Below are positions 41,225 through 54,363 of a stretch of DNA of 64,000 nt, in pieces (the stretch's first letter is position 1; every line of letters starts with the position of its first letter). The notes under the pieces are model-generated. The model saw only the letters and a program-made list of their open reading frames with translations. It had not been told where the DNA came from and ran no database searches. A program made the translations under genes and the position numbers. Origin of the DNA: Eledone cirrhosa (taxonomy: Eukaryota); assembly GCA_964016885.1 (NCBI GenBank), contig CAXHJY010000353.1, forward strand, positions 66,626-130,625, in the 5' to 3' direction.

Positions 41225-41325
41225 ACAGGCTGTTCCAAAAAATGTAGACACACTTTGATTACCTGTACTGGCAATATTTATTAGAATGGTGTGGAAGTAT
41301 GTATATATGTTTTGGGAGACCCTGT
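41225..41325. mobile_element. Tc1/mariner-type MITE
   Basis: TA-CAGGCTGTTCCAAAA ... TTTTGGGAGACCCTG-TA imperfect TIRs; an extra TIR end at ~41364-41378. Confidence 0.5.
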
Positions 41326-41373
41326 ATGTATATATATATACATATATATATATATATACATATATTGGAGACC

Positions 41374-41460
<87 letters not shown>

Positions 41461-41904
41461 AATATATATATAAGCAAAATAAATGAAGGAGGTGCAATGC
41501 GTTTAAAACCAAATTTTACTTCTCACATGTTTCAACTATACCACAGCGAGTAACAGTGTACGCACATGTAAACTTTGTTGTTAACGCTGTTGGTCTAGAA
41601 TCCTCAGAGAAGATATAATTGTTAATACTGATGCTAATCAAGTTTGGTCTAACTAGCCAATCTGGATAAAAGTTCATTTAAAGCAGCGGTCAATCCTGGA
41701 TAAAAGTTTAATTAAATATTAAGCCCTCTTTATTATTTAACACTGCTACCCTAAGCTATCTGTATTTAGCATACAGTATCACACTTCTTTTTATGTCCTC
41801 CTCTCTTATGATATATATCTGCTCTTTATATATATATAATGCAGATTCGTAGTTGTGACATATATTTAAATGGTGGGTGTAATTTAATACTTCATTGGTA
41901 ATAC

Positions 41905-42035
41905 TTTATTTCGGTAGCAAATCCAGGCAGAAGCAGTAACCTGAAATAAAGTGTCTTGCTCAAGGACATAAATCCTCGCCCGGTCCAAGAATCGAAACCA
42001 TTACCTCACGATTGCGAATCGAATTCCCTAATCAT
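41905..42035 (-). mobile_element. Degraded SINE fragment
   Basis: GTGTCTTGCTCAAGGAC CORE-like segment and AATCGAAACC B-box complement. Confidence 0.5.
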
Positions 42036-42143
42036 TATTGTATCATAGAAATGACTTCTTGACGACTAGAACTGTTCTATTTGCGAGGAATCATCATTTC
42101 TGACGAATGAAACAATCCTAGTCCCGTAGAAGTCATTTCTATA

Positions 42144-42689
42144 ATAATTGTTTCTACTTTACTGGTACTTTATTTTTATCGACCCCGTAAGGATGAAAGG
42201 CAAAGTTAACCTCGGCGGGATTAGAACTCAGTCCGTAAAGGGATGTAACTATGCTGGAAAGAATGGCGTCTGACCCTTATAGGCACAAGGGCAGTCATTT
42301 TTTGGGGGGCAGGGGTTAAAGTCGATTAAATCGACCTCAGTGCATTACTGGTGCTTTTATTTTATCGACCCCCGGTAAGGATGAAAGGTAAAGTTAACCT
42401 CGGCGGAATTTCAATTCAGATCATAAAGGGCCGTAACTCTATGCTGCAAAGCATGGCACCCGACCCTCACCCGATACTGCCAATCCACCGCCTAATAATA
42501 ATAATTGTTCCTACTTTTGTCACAAGGCCAGCAATTATACCAGTGTATTACTGGTACTTATTTTATCGAACCCGTAAGGAGGAAAGGCAAAGTTATCCTC
42601 GCTGCGATTTCAAATCGGACCGTAAAGAGCCGTAACTCACTGCTGCAAGGCATGGCGTCCAACTCTTTACCCTTACTGCAAATCCACCT
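42144..42689 (-). mobile_element. Three tandem SINE family 1 copies
   Basis: ~42144-42277, 42278-42492 and 42503-42689. Confidence 0.8.
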
Positions 42690-42773
42690 AATAATGATAA
42701 TAATAATAATAATAAATATATATGTCTGTATGTGTGTATGTATGTCTGTCTGTCTGTGTATGTGCTTGTGTGT

Positions 42774-42806
<33 letters not shown>

Positions 42807-43639
42807 CGTGTGTGTACGTGGGTATGTGTGTGTGTATGCATATCACAATAGATAATATATTTTTCTACATATACATGCAGCTGAGTACGAATTACATACA
42901 AATACATTATCATACAATTGATAATCGTACTGTGAGAAAATAAACACCACCATCAATAACAACTTACTCTACAGAGACACACTTCACACAGTAAACACAA
43001 TCGTACACACTCTACAAATACCCACCTCAATACATTCATATATCTCACCTATATTAACACACACAGAACATACTACATATAAACGTCATTCTCTCACGTA
43101 CATTAATTACATCTATACATACATACCTCTCTTTGTCATACACATAAACCTATTACATCTATAAACATTGTTCCCTTACACACCACACATTCCATTCACA
43201 ACGCACACATCACACTCACCACACACCTTACTCCACAAACACGACACACTCCACACACTCCACACATACCATACACACCAGCCACACCACACCACAACCT
43301 ATATACACACAATGGCCCCATTTACACATAAGCTACGTTCTAACCCCTCAATTATATTTTATATAACTTTTATGTTTCGGAAATAATTTAACATTTTTAC
43401 ATCAAATATTTCTTTACATTAAATGTTTTCATATAAACGTCTTTACATCTTCTAGCTATGTACCACGCTATGCCGGTTCTCGCAATACTCATCTCCCAAA
43501 ATCTATCTTTTTCTCAGTTACTTCACTTTCATTTTAATATTGACGATCAAGTTACTTGCACTGAATGTTGTCACCCGTTACATAATTTGGATGTACATGC
43601 ATGTATGTAGAATTTATCGTACTAATGATCTTAGTAGAA

Positions 43640-43866
43640 ATAATTGTTTCTACTTTTGGCACAAGGCCAGCAAATACCTAGCGCATTACTGGTACTTTAT
43701 TTTATCGACCCCGTAAGGATGGAAGGCAAAGTTAACCTCGGCGGGATTTGAACTCAGATCGTAAAGGGACCTGAGTTTAAATCCCACCGAGGTTAACTTT
43801 GCCTTTCATCCTTACGGGGTCGATAAAATAAAGTACCAGTAATGCACTGGGTAATTTGCAGGCCTT
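43640..43866. mobile_element. SINE family 1 as a fold-back pair
   Basis: Minus copy 43640-43770 immediately followed by a plus copy 43771-43866; both lack the A-box head. Confidence 0.8.
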
Positions 43867-44189
43867 AGATTCTGTTTAGTAGAAATAATGTTGCGAAAGA
43901 ATAGCAACATTTTTGCCAACGCGACAACCTGAAAGAACAAATCCCAAGAAGCTACAGAACAATACACAAATCCCCTCTAAAAAACTGTTAACAATTAACC
44001 ATTCACCACCACCCAAGAGTGAGAAGAGATGCTGTAACCTTTTTCCTTAAATGTGCATATCTAATATTATTAATACCTGCTAGCATAACGCCAGCACCAA
44101 CAGTTTTACAAGAGATGTCAACATGAATGGATCTGTTATTTTTATCTAAAGACATTTTTTTCAATTCCATTCCGCTCGTCCCCTCAATC

Positions 44190-44225
44190 TATTTTGATGA
44201 CGGACTAGCGTCCGAAACGTTAAGT
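44190..44225 (+). ncRNA. Degenerate copy of the family C hammerhead
   Basis: TTGATGA-c-GGAC tagc GTCC-GAAACGTT-AAG; lies in a repeat 44105-44260 similar to 49407-49585. Confidence 0.5.
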
Positions 44226-44314
44226 CCTTCTTCCTGTTATATCAAGCGTTAACCTAATATATACGTTCCATATACTGTACCGATTGTGTTGTTATTTCTG
44301 TCTACCTTTTACAA

Positions 44315-44345
<31 letters not shown>

Positions 44346-44490
44346 ATGAAGAATCGGGCCCTGACGGCTGAGCACTTGCCGTTTCAACTTCTAGTTCCAG
44401 ACTCTATATAATATAACCGTACTCTACTACCTCAAGTTTTAAGTACTCTGTTGAGTAATGGTATAGCCAGTTTGAATGTGAATCCATCCT

Positions 44491-44523
<33 letters not shown>

Positions 44524-44557
44524 TATATATACATATATATATAATAATAATTATTAT

Positions 44558-44755
44558 TATTTCTTATATAGGCACAAGGCCAGTAATTTGGGGGAGGAGG
44601 AAGTCGATTAAATCGACCCCAGTATGTCACTGGTACTTTATCTTATCTACCCCGTGAGGATGAAAGGCAAAATTAACCTCCGCGGGATTTGAACTTAGAC
44701 CATAAAGGGCCGTAACTCTTTGCTGAAAAGCATGGCGTCTGACCTTCCGCCGCCC
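44558..44755 (-). mobile_element. SINE family 1 (long form)
   Basis: Consensus match. Confidence 0.8.
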
Positions 44756-45384
44756 TTAATAATAATAATAATAATACAAGGACCTTCATTACGTTTATTG
44801 GTTGGTGACGCGCGTTTCGTCACTGATCAGCTCAAAGTTCGATCTGTATAGGTCTGGGCCGACTCTGGAACCAAAAACTCACTCGGATCTCTGTAGTAGT
44901 AATGACAGAATCTAAACATTGAGTGTTCATCTGGGTGGACGTACAGTAACCTCACGTTAAGCTCCCTGTATATATATATATAAATTTTCTAAGATGTGCA
45001 TCTTAGAATCATATGAAACTATTCTCAAAATTGCACCTAATAAATCGACACTCAGATTTCATCTCATCTTGTATACATTGGACATTTAGAACATTAAGAC
45101 ATTAAACCAATGGAATTTCAAAGCGACAATTTAAAGACTTCACACTAACTCTATCGTTTCATATATTAGCATATTCTTTCCAACCTGTTATCTTATACAT
45201 AAAACTTACTTTACCAGGATAGAAATGTTTTTCAATACTAACAACAAAATCATACTTTCGCTCAACTCGGGTACATTACTATTTAATTAACAAACTTTCC
45301 AACTTCATAATTAGCTAGTTTAGTTTATCATGTTAGTACATTCATTTAATATATTAACATTACGTTCAATTACTGTCTCACCAT

Positions 45385-46023
45385 TAATTATATTTATGTA
45401 ATTTTTGAACTTACAATTTACTTTTAAAAACACCAGTTTAATAATGTTCATTGAATTAATATTTTTTGGTTGTAATTAACTGTACCACATGTTGTCCTTC
45501 CTCAGTCTATTATTTTCGAATAAATTACAAATCTAACGAACAACAACTCCACAGGATCCAAGTCTGTATTCAATTATCTATTAACTTTATTTTGTTCAAT
45601 TTATCTTAATACACCTCAATTTAACCTTTAGCAGCTTATATTTTCATTTATATTCCAATGTATTTATTTTCAAACAATTTCTCTTAATTTTATATCGTAT
45701 GGTTTCATAATAATATATTTGATTATATAATACATATTTTAATTACAAACAATGTTTTACATATATACATGATATTGATTTCACGACACTATGCAACAAC
45801 AAATAATGATATTTAAAATTATGTATGTGGTATACACATACTTGTATATCTAATTAAATAGAATTTTCTTTGAAGGAAAGTTAAGAGACACAATTCTCGC
45901 TACAATATTTATTTCTATTAATTATATTTATGTCATTTTTGAACTCACAATTTACTTTTAAAAACACCAGTTTATTAACGTTCATTGAATTAATATTTTT
46001 GGTTGTAATTAACTGTACCACAT
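45385..46023. repeat. ~105 bp direct repeat pair
   Basis: 45385-45492 and 45918-46023 (..AAAAACACCAGTTT..GTAATTAACTGTACCACATG); the second copy abuts the RTE fragment. Confidence 0.8.
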
Positions 46024-46490
46024 GGCGGATCGGCAAAGGAGCCGCAGTTTTCCAGCGGCTGTGCTCAGCCTGGTCGTCTTCATGCATTAGCACCAAGATC
46101 AAGCTCCGCCTGTATAAGAGCATCGTGCTGCCAACAGTGCTTTATGAGAGCGAGACCTGGAAGAGTACGGCAAAAATAGAGAGACGGCTGAACGCTTTCC
46201 ACCAGCGGTGCCTGCGAAAGATCCTTCGTGTGTCCTGGCGCGACCGAGTGCGAAACAAGGAGATCCTGCGGAGAGCCGAATCGTGGACGCTACAGAGAGT
46301 GGTCACGGAGCGTCGGTGCCGTCTGGCTGGCCGCCATATTCTGCGTCTGCCAAATGAATGGCATTCGAAAACAGCGATGACAGCCAACATCACCTGACAC
46401 GATCCCGAAAAAGTTGCCGCTGATCGTGACCGTTGGCGAGTACTTACTGCTCGATGCGCCGAACGGCGCGGAAGCTTCTAAGACTAAGAT
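46022..46490 (+). mobile_element. RTE-like LINE 3' fragment
   Basis: RIGKGAAVFQRL..W..ISTKIKLRLYKSIVLPTVLYESETW..FHQRCLRKILRVSWRDRVRNKEIL..HILR, then AADRDRWR, and a short CTAAGA-repeat tail. Confidence 0.85.
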
Positions 46491-46604
46491 TTATTTCAAG
46501 GTTACATTTAATAATTCAATCGCACACCTGTACACCTGCACGCATACAATTTTTACATTCATGTGTACACACAACACCCACACTCTAACACAAACACACA
46601 CACG

Positions 46605-46662
<58 letters not shown>

Positions 46663-48170
46663 CACACACACATATAAAGTAGGTAAAAAGAGGATTAACA
46701 AAGATAGGTGATACAGCAGGGTTTATATCTAGCATTTACATATGTTTCATCAGCTTGTTGTCGTTTTGAAATCACTATTCTCACTCATCAATCGTGATAA
46801 ATCGAATTCAAATATTACACCGTTACTGACGATTTTTCAAAACAGAGTGGCGGATTTCCGTCAAACTGACCTTACAAGTATACACACACACCTATATACA
46901 AACCCAAAGGAAGGTGAGGATGGTAAAGATTATAGAATATAAATAAACTCTGTTAATCATCGTTTTACCTATTGTAACTACTCCAAGGATTACGGAACTA
47001 TCAAAATACAACCCTACAATCGACCTACTGAAGTAAATATCTTGTTGAGTTAACCCCCACTGAATGCTGAAAGATATAGTAGTAGTAATATGTAAACACA
47101 AATCCAAGATTCTTTTTCATCGGCATATGTTGAACAAGTTGGTCGTCAACGATCAACGAAACGTACGTACCTGGAATGGCGTCCTTGTAGTACTGACCTA
47201 AATATTTATTTATATGTATATATTCACACACACAAAAATATATATATATATATAATTACGGTATGTGCGCATTTCTTCTAAGTTTAATTTTACTACTAAT
47301 TGAGTGTGGTTGACGGTATATTTGATCGAATTCTGCATGCTGCCGAAATGTTTGATAACTAATGGAACGGGGCTGCCGCGAAGAGGCCACGATCATTTGT
47401 TTGGCAAAGATCTCCCCCTAAGAAAATTTATTCTTAAGACTTGCTAGATTTGGTTTTGTATATGGTTAATTATGCTAATTAGAAGAAGAAATAGTATATA
47501 TTTTAATATCTAATTGATTCTATAGACATGATTTATGATATATATATATATGTATGTTGTACCACTCTTTCAATCTATACCTTTAAAACACCCAGATTAC
47601 TTCTACTACCCTATACCTCAATCTCAAAAGATTGACAATGAATCTACCATTATTTCAGGTTATAGAATCAACAAAATACAAGAGATTTGGCTGCTATTAT
47701 GAACAAGTCGAGCATTATAGTAAACGCTATTTCGTTGGTTTTTGAGCATCATCATTACTGATAGTAGTAGCAACAGTGATATTAGAAGACTTGTGATATT
47801 TATTGATGTATTTATTGACTTACATATTCTCGTAAAATCCCAACTGCCCCCATCAAACAATGAGGCCAATAGAGTGCCAATTTTTTCTGTATTTTAGGAA
47901 CACAGAGCAGTAAAATAGAGATCTGTAAAGCGTTATTTACACTTCTGGCAAATAGAAAATCTAAAAAAAATACGCGGATAAAACATAGCAGAATAATGGT
48001 TTTTGGCATTATTGCTAACGCAAACATGTTTGCCCTTTGCAAGGCCCGTAATTTATAGATTCTTGTGTAAATACAAAGCTTATCTATTAAGACTGTTATA
48101 TGCACAAATATATATTCACCTATGCACATAGATAATTGTTTGTGTATATATGTGTGTGTGTATACGAGCG

Positions 48171-48285
<115 letters not shown>

Positions 48286-48727
48286 ATATATATGTGTGTG
48301 TATATGTGGGCGCATGTGTATCTATTTATATATGAAATGCGAGTTTATATCGTTCATGTGCAACTTACGCATAAATATGGATATCGTGAATTCAGCGTGT
48401 ATATGTAAACGTCTATGTGTGTGTATGTATGCAAGGAAGACTCTACCCCCATGACCCTCACAGGAATAAGTTGAGGAGGAAGAAGTGAGTATAATGTTTC
48501 TTTCTCTTGATGTTGAGGTTAATTTTAACCGGCCATCTTCCCGGCGACAACGCTGGAATATGAGGAAAAAAAAAAAGAGAGAAAAATTTCTGTCGTCCTT
48601 TCTGTCACTATTTATCCTTCAAATGTTTTAAGGTTGGAGACATCATGGACTCAGTCGTCAGCTTTGTGACGAATATATTTTGAAATTTCATGTTTCACAT
48701 TTCCCAAGCGAGTCAATGTAATCGTTT

Positions 48728-48915
48728 TTGTTTAGGCAAAAGGCCAGCAATTTCTGGGGAGGGGAAAGTCGATTAAATCGACCCCAGTGCGTGACTGGTA
48801 CTTTATTTTATCGATCTCGTAAGGATGAAAGGCAACGCTAACATCGGTGGAATTTGAACTCAGAACGTAAAAAAGCCGTAACTCTATGCCACTAAGCTTG
48901 CTGTCCGACGCTCTA
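48728..48915 (-). mobile_element. SINE family 1 (long form, diverged)
   Basis: Consensus match. Confidence 0.75.
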
Positions 48916-49049
48916 TTCATGACGGTGAATCTCCTCAACTTGTGTTTTCTCCCATACCTTCTATAGACCCATTGATGTATTGGTACACGTTTATAGAAAC
49001 TCAGTTAACAATTCTCAAATCTAATGAATGTTTATTAATTACGACTGTT

Positions 49050-49210
49050 GGGGGCGGTGGATTGCTTTCCGGCATAGTTACGTCTCTTTAGGATCTGAGT
49101 TCAAATCCCGCCGAGGTTGACTTGCCTTTCATCCTTACGGGGTCGATAAAATAAAGTATCAGTAATGCACTGGGTAATTGCTGGCCTTGTGCCTAAAGTA
49201 GAAACAATTA
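49050..49210 (+). mobile_element. SINE family 1 with TSD
   Basis: TSD ATTAATTACGACTGTT on both sides; internal deletion in the head. Confidence 0.85.
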
Positions 49211-49512
49211 ATTACGACTGTTATTAGTTCACCCAAGGAACATTACAGATTATACTGCTTAATGTGTAATGATATAATGGTTGTATATAAATTGTTTACA
49301 ATATCAATGAATCATTTTCTTCCCTTGACAAAAGGACTCCAACTTAATTAAAACATTGCTCCGACATTAGAAAACGTATGTTCTCACATTTAAACGCACG
49401 TCTACATTTTACAAGAGATGTCAACACGAATGGAGTTGTTATTTTTTATCTAAAGACAATTTCCCCAATTCCACCCCGTTTGTCCCTTTAATCTATCTTA
49501 TTTCTCATTCTT

Positions 49513-49548
49513 TCTTCTGATGAAGGACTAGCGTCCGAAACGTTAAGA
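49513..49548 (+). ncRNA. Minimal type I hammerhead ribozyme motif (family C)
   Basis: TCTT-CTGATGA-a-GGAC tagc GTCC-GAAA-CG-TT-AAGA; stem III is the AACGTT palindrome. Confidence 0.72.
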
Positions 49549-49659
49549 CCCTCTTCCTGTTATTTCAAGCGTTAGCCTAATATATAGTAAACGTGAGTCT
49601 ACATGTGAGAACACATCTGCAAGGCTCCCGATTCCAGAGTCGGGAACGAACAATAATTA

Positions 49660-49870
49660 CTGGATTGGCAGTATCGGTAGAGAGTCGGACGCCATGCTTT
49701 GCAGCAAATAGTTACGGCCCTTTATGATCTGAGTTCAAATCCTGCCGAGGTTAACTTTGCTTTTCATCCTCACGGGGTCGATAAAATAAGGTATCAGTAA
49801 CGCACTGGGGTCGATTTAATTGACTTTCCCCTCCCCCAAAATCACTGGCCTTGTGCCTATATGACAAACC
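49660..49870 (+). mobile_element. SINE family 1 (long form) with TSD
   Basis: TSD CAATAATTAC at 49651 and 49871. Confidence 0.85.
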
Positions 49871-50459
49871 CAATAATTACCTCTACGACTCCTCAACTAA
49901 TATGTCGCGGAAAGAAAACGGTGGCTTCTAAGCCATTACTCAATATGCTAGAAATATCAGCTAAATCACATTCAACTTATAACATTGCTCCAACATTAGA
50001 AACCATATTATAATTTTCGTAATATTTAGAATCGTATTTGTTGCAGTATGAAGTATGGGAACGTTTGTCTTTGTCATATAAATTCTAAGTCAGTAGCATC
50101 TCATATTATTAACCAGAATACACCAGAGGAGCATGGGACGCATTTTATACACTTATGTATTGTGTAAATATATAATATGATCAAACATATGTTCTTTATC
50201 TGTCAGTCTGTCTGTCTGTCTGTCTGTATGTGTGGATATAGTTATAACTATACGAATGTATTTATGTATGTATTGTGCATGTGTGCGTATGTATTGTGCA
50301 TATGTGTGTGTATGTATGTGTATGTGTCTGTATGTGTCTGTATGTGTATGTGTCTGTATGTGTCTGTATGTATACAGATCCATACACGCACAATAGACAA
50401 GCTGTATATAACTCCTAGATTATGAATTATTATTCTCACCTAGTCTGATAACACAAACA

Positions 50460-50466
50460 ATATATA

Positions 50467-50530
<64 letters not shown>

Positions 50531-50554
50531 TACATATATTCATACATACATATG

Positions 50555-50591
<37 letters not shown>

Positions 50592-50749
50592 ACACATATA
50601 TATATATACATGTATACATATATACATACATACATACATATGTATATATATATACATATATACATATATACATACATATATATATACATTTATATATGAA
50701 CATATATATATGCATAATTATATATGCATACATACATACATATATATAC

Positions 50750-50803
<54 letters not shown>

Positions 50804-50847
50804 ACATATATATATATACATATATATACATACATATATATATATAC

Positions 50848-50887
<40 letters not shown>

Positions 50888-50973
50888 ACATATATATACA
50901 TACATATATATATATACATATATATACATACATATATATATATACATATATATATATACATATATATATATAC

Positions 50974-51018
<45 letters not shown>

Positions 51019-51071
51019 CATATATATATATATACATATATAGATATACATATATAGATATACATATATAG

Positions 51072-51118
<47 letters not shown>

Positions 51119-51136
51119 CATATACATATATACATA

Positions 51137-51170
<34 letters not shown>

Positions 51171-51185
51171 CATACATACATATAC

Positions 51186-51219
<34 letters not shown>

Positions 51220-51277
51220 ACATATATATACATACATATATATATATACATATATATACATACATATATATATATAC

Positions 51278-51369
<92 letters not shown>

Positions 51370-51433
51370 ACATATATATACATACATATATATATATACA
51401 TACATATATATATACATACATATATATATATAC

Positions 51434-51515
<82 letters not shown>

Positions 51516-51531
51516 ACATATATATATATAC

Positions 51532-51568
<37 letters not shown>

Positions 51569-52897
51569 CATACATATATATATATACATACATATATATA
51601 TACATACATATATATATATATACATACATATATATATATATACATATATATATATACATATATATATACATACATATATATATATACATACATATATATA
51701 TATATATACATATATATATACATACATATATATATACATACATATATATATATACATACATATATATATACATACATATATATATATACATACATATATA
51801 TATATACATACATATATATATACATACATATATATATACATACATATATATACATACACATAAACATACACATAAACATATATATACATACATATATATA
51901 TACATACACATATATATATATACATACATATATATATACATACATATATATATACATACATATATATATACATACACATATATATACATACATACATATA
52001 TATATACATACACATATACATACATACATATATATATACATACACATATATATATACATACACATATATATATACATACACATATATATATATACATACA
52101 CATATATATATATACATACACATATATATACATAGACACATATATATATACATACATATATATATATATACATACACATATATATATACATACACATATA
52201 TATACATATACATATATATATATACATACACATATATATATACATACACATATATATATACATACACATATATATATACATACACATATATATATACATA
52301 CACATATATATATACATACACATATATATATACATATACATATATACATATACATACACATATATACATATACATACACATATATATATATACATACACA
52401 TATATATATATACATACACATATATATATACATACACATATATATATATATATACATACACATATATATATATACATACACATATATATATACATACACA
52501 TATATATATACATACACATATACATATATACATACACATATATACATACATACACATATATATATACATACATACACATATATATATATATACATACATA
52601 AACATATATATATATATATATACATACATACATATATACACACATATATATATACACACATATATATATACACACATATATATATACATACATATATATA
52701 TACATACATACATATATACATACATACATATATACATACATATATATATACATACATATATACATACATATATATATACATACATACATATCTATATACA
52801 TACATATATACATACATACATATCTATATACATACATATATATATATACATATATATATCTATCTATATACATACATATATATATATATATACATAC

Positions 52898-52964
<67 letters not shown>

Positions 52965-52975
52965 CATACATATAT
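50460..52975. repeat. 2.5 kb (TA)n/(TACA)n compound microsatellite
   Basis: Direct reading; similar tracts at 14015-14400, 14933-15912, 23875-24195, 31493-32490 and 53420-53753. Confidence 0.95.
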
Positions 52976-52995
52976 TTATTAAAATAACAGATTAA

Positions 52996-53046
52996 AGTTT
53001 AAGCAAATAATCGCTGCTTTCACCCTTAACGGTATCTTCTGAAACT
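52996..53046 (-). ncRNA. Atypical hammerhead-like motif (core CAGAAGA)
   Basis: AGTTT-CAGAAGA-tACC gttaa GGGT-GAAA-GCA..TGC-TT-AAACT; a second, degenerate copy at ~33196-33245 (+). Confidence 0.5.
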
Positions 53047-53139
53047 AACAAAGTCAATCTGTAAACGCAGAACTGGATATTTCAAAAAGCCTTGCAACCG
53101 GAGGAAGACAGGAAGACGATACTTTGGTTCGTGGTAACG

Positions 53140-53392
53140 TTCGCTGGCAAAGAACGGGAAAAAACGAATAATACGTCATTAATAGGAGCGGTGAAAAACA
53201 ATTACGCGCAAAGACAAAACCACGTTTATGGTATAAAAGAGGTCGTAGACTAATGTTCTCTTAGGTGGTGCATAGAGACGTTCTCTGGCAATGAACGAAA
53301 AAACGAAGATAATAAGTCATATGTGGAGCGTGGAGAACAATAGCACGCAAAGTCAAAACCACGTAAATGGTATAGCAGAAATCGTAGACTAA
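53140..53392. repeat. ~140 bp diverged tandem duplication
   Basis: CTGGCAA(A/T)GAACG..CGCAAAG(A/T)CAAAACCACGT..TCGTAGACTAA x2. Confidence 0.7.
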
Positions 53393-53520
53393 AATACTAT
53401 CAATTTTATTATTATTACTATACATACATATATATATATACAAACATATATATATATACATACATATATATATATACATACATATATATATATACATACA
53501 TATATATATATACATACATA

Positions 53521-53561
<41 letters not shown>

Positions 53562-53570
53562 ACATACATA

Positions 53571-53625
<55 letters not shown>

Positions 53626-54363
53626 ATACATATATATATACATACATATATATATATACATACATATATATATACATACATATATATATATACATACATA
53701 TATATATACATACATATATATATATACATACATATATATATACATACATACATAAAATGGCGACCGTTGTGGTCAGTGTCCGATAATCGGACGTGTGTAA
53801 TTACGGCTTACATGAAGGCAACATACCATATATTGGAAAAAGTTGAGCTACATTACGCGGTAAGATTACATACAATAATTCTACATAAGTGTTTGAACTG
53901 TAAGTGTGTTGTAAAACACCTATTTATATGAACGATACATACACTTTAACATATAAATGCAACGTTGTTATATTACATTTATAAAGAAATATACAAGTAA
54001 CGTTTTCGATTCAGAAACAAAAATATAAGTGTTTGAACTGTGAATATGTTGTGAATAGGTTGTAGATCACCTATTTATATGAATGATACATAAACTTTAA
54101 CATATAAATACAGCGTTGTTATATTATATTACATTCATAAAGGAATATACTAAGTAACGGTTCTTTTTGTTCTCGATTCAAACGATTCAAGAGCAACGTT
54201 TAAAACACAGTTGTAGAATTAAAAACTAACTGAAAAGAAATATTACTCAAGCTGTGAATAACTTTAAATTTGATTCTGACAGAACTTTGTCGTAACTTTT
54301 AAAGAAGATCATCGACTATTTTGAAAAATAAATACGAAATATTAGTCAATAGACGAACTCATC

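Noticed and set aside
53754-53830. HDV-like ribozyme at the Dong 5' end
   Set aside because: Only two simple hairpins are visible; I could not build the nested double pseudoknot.
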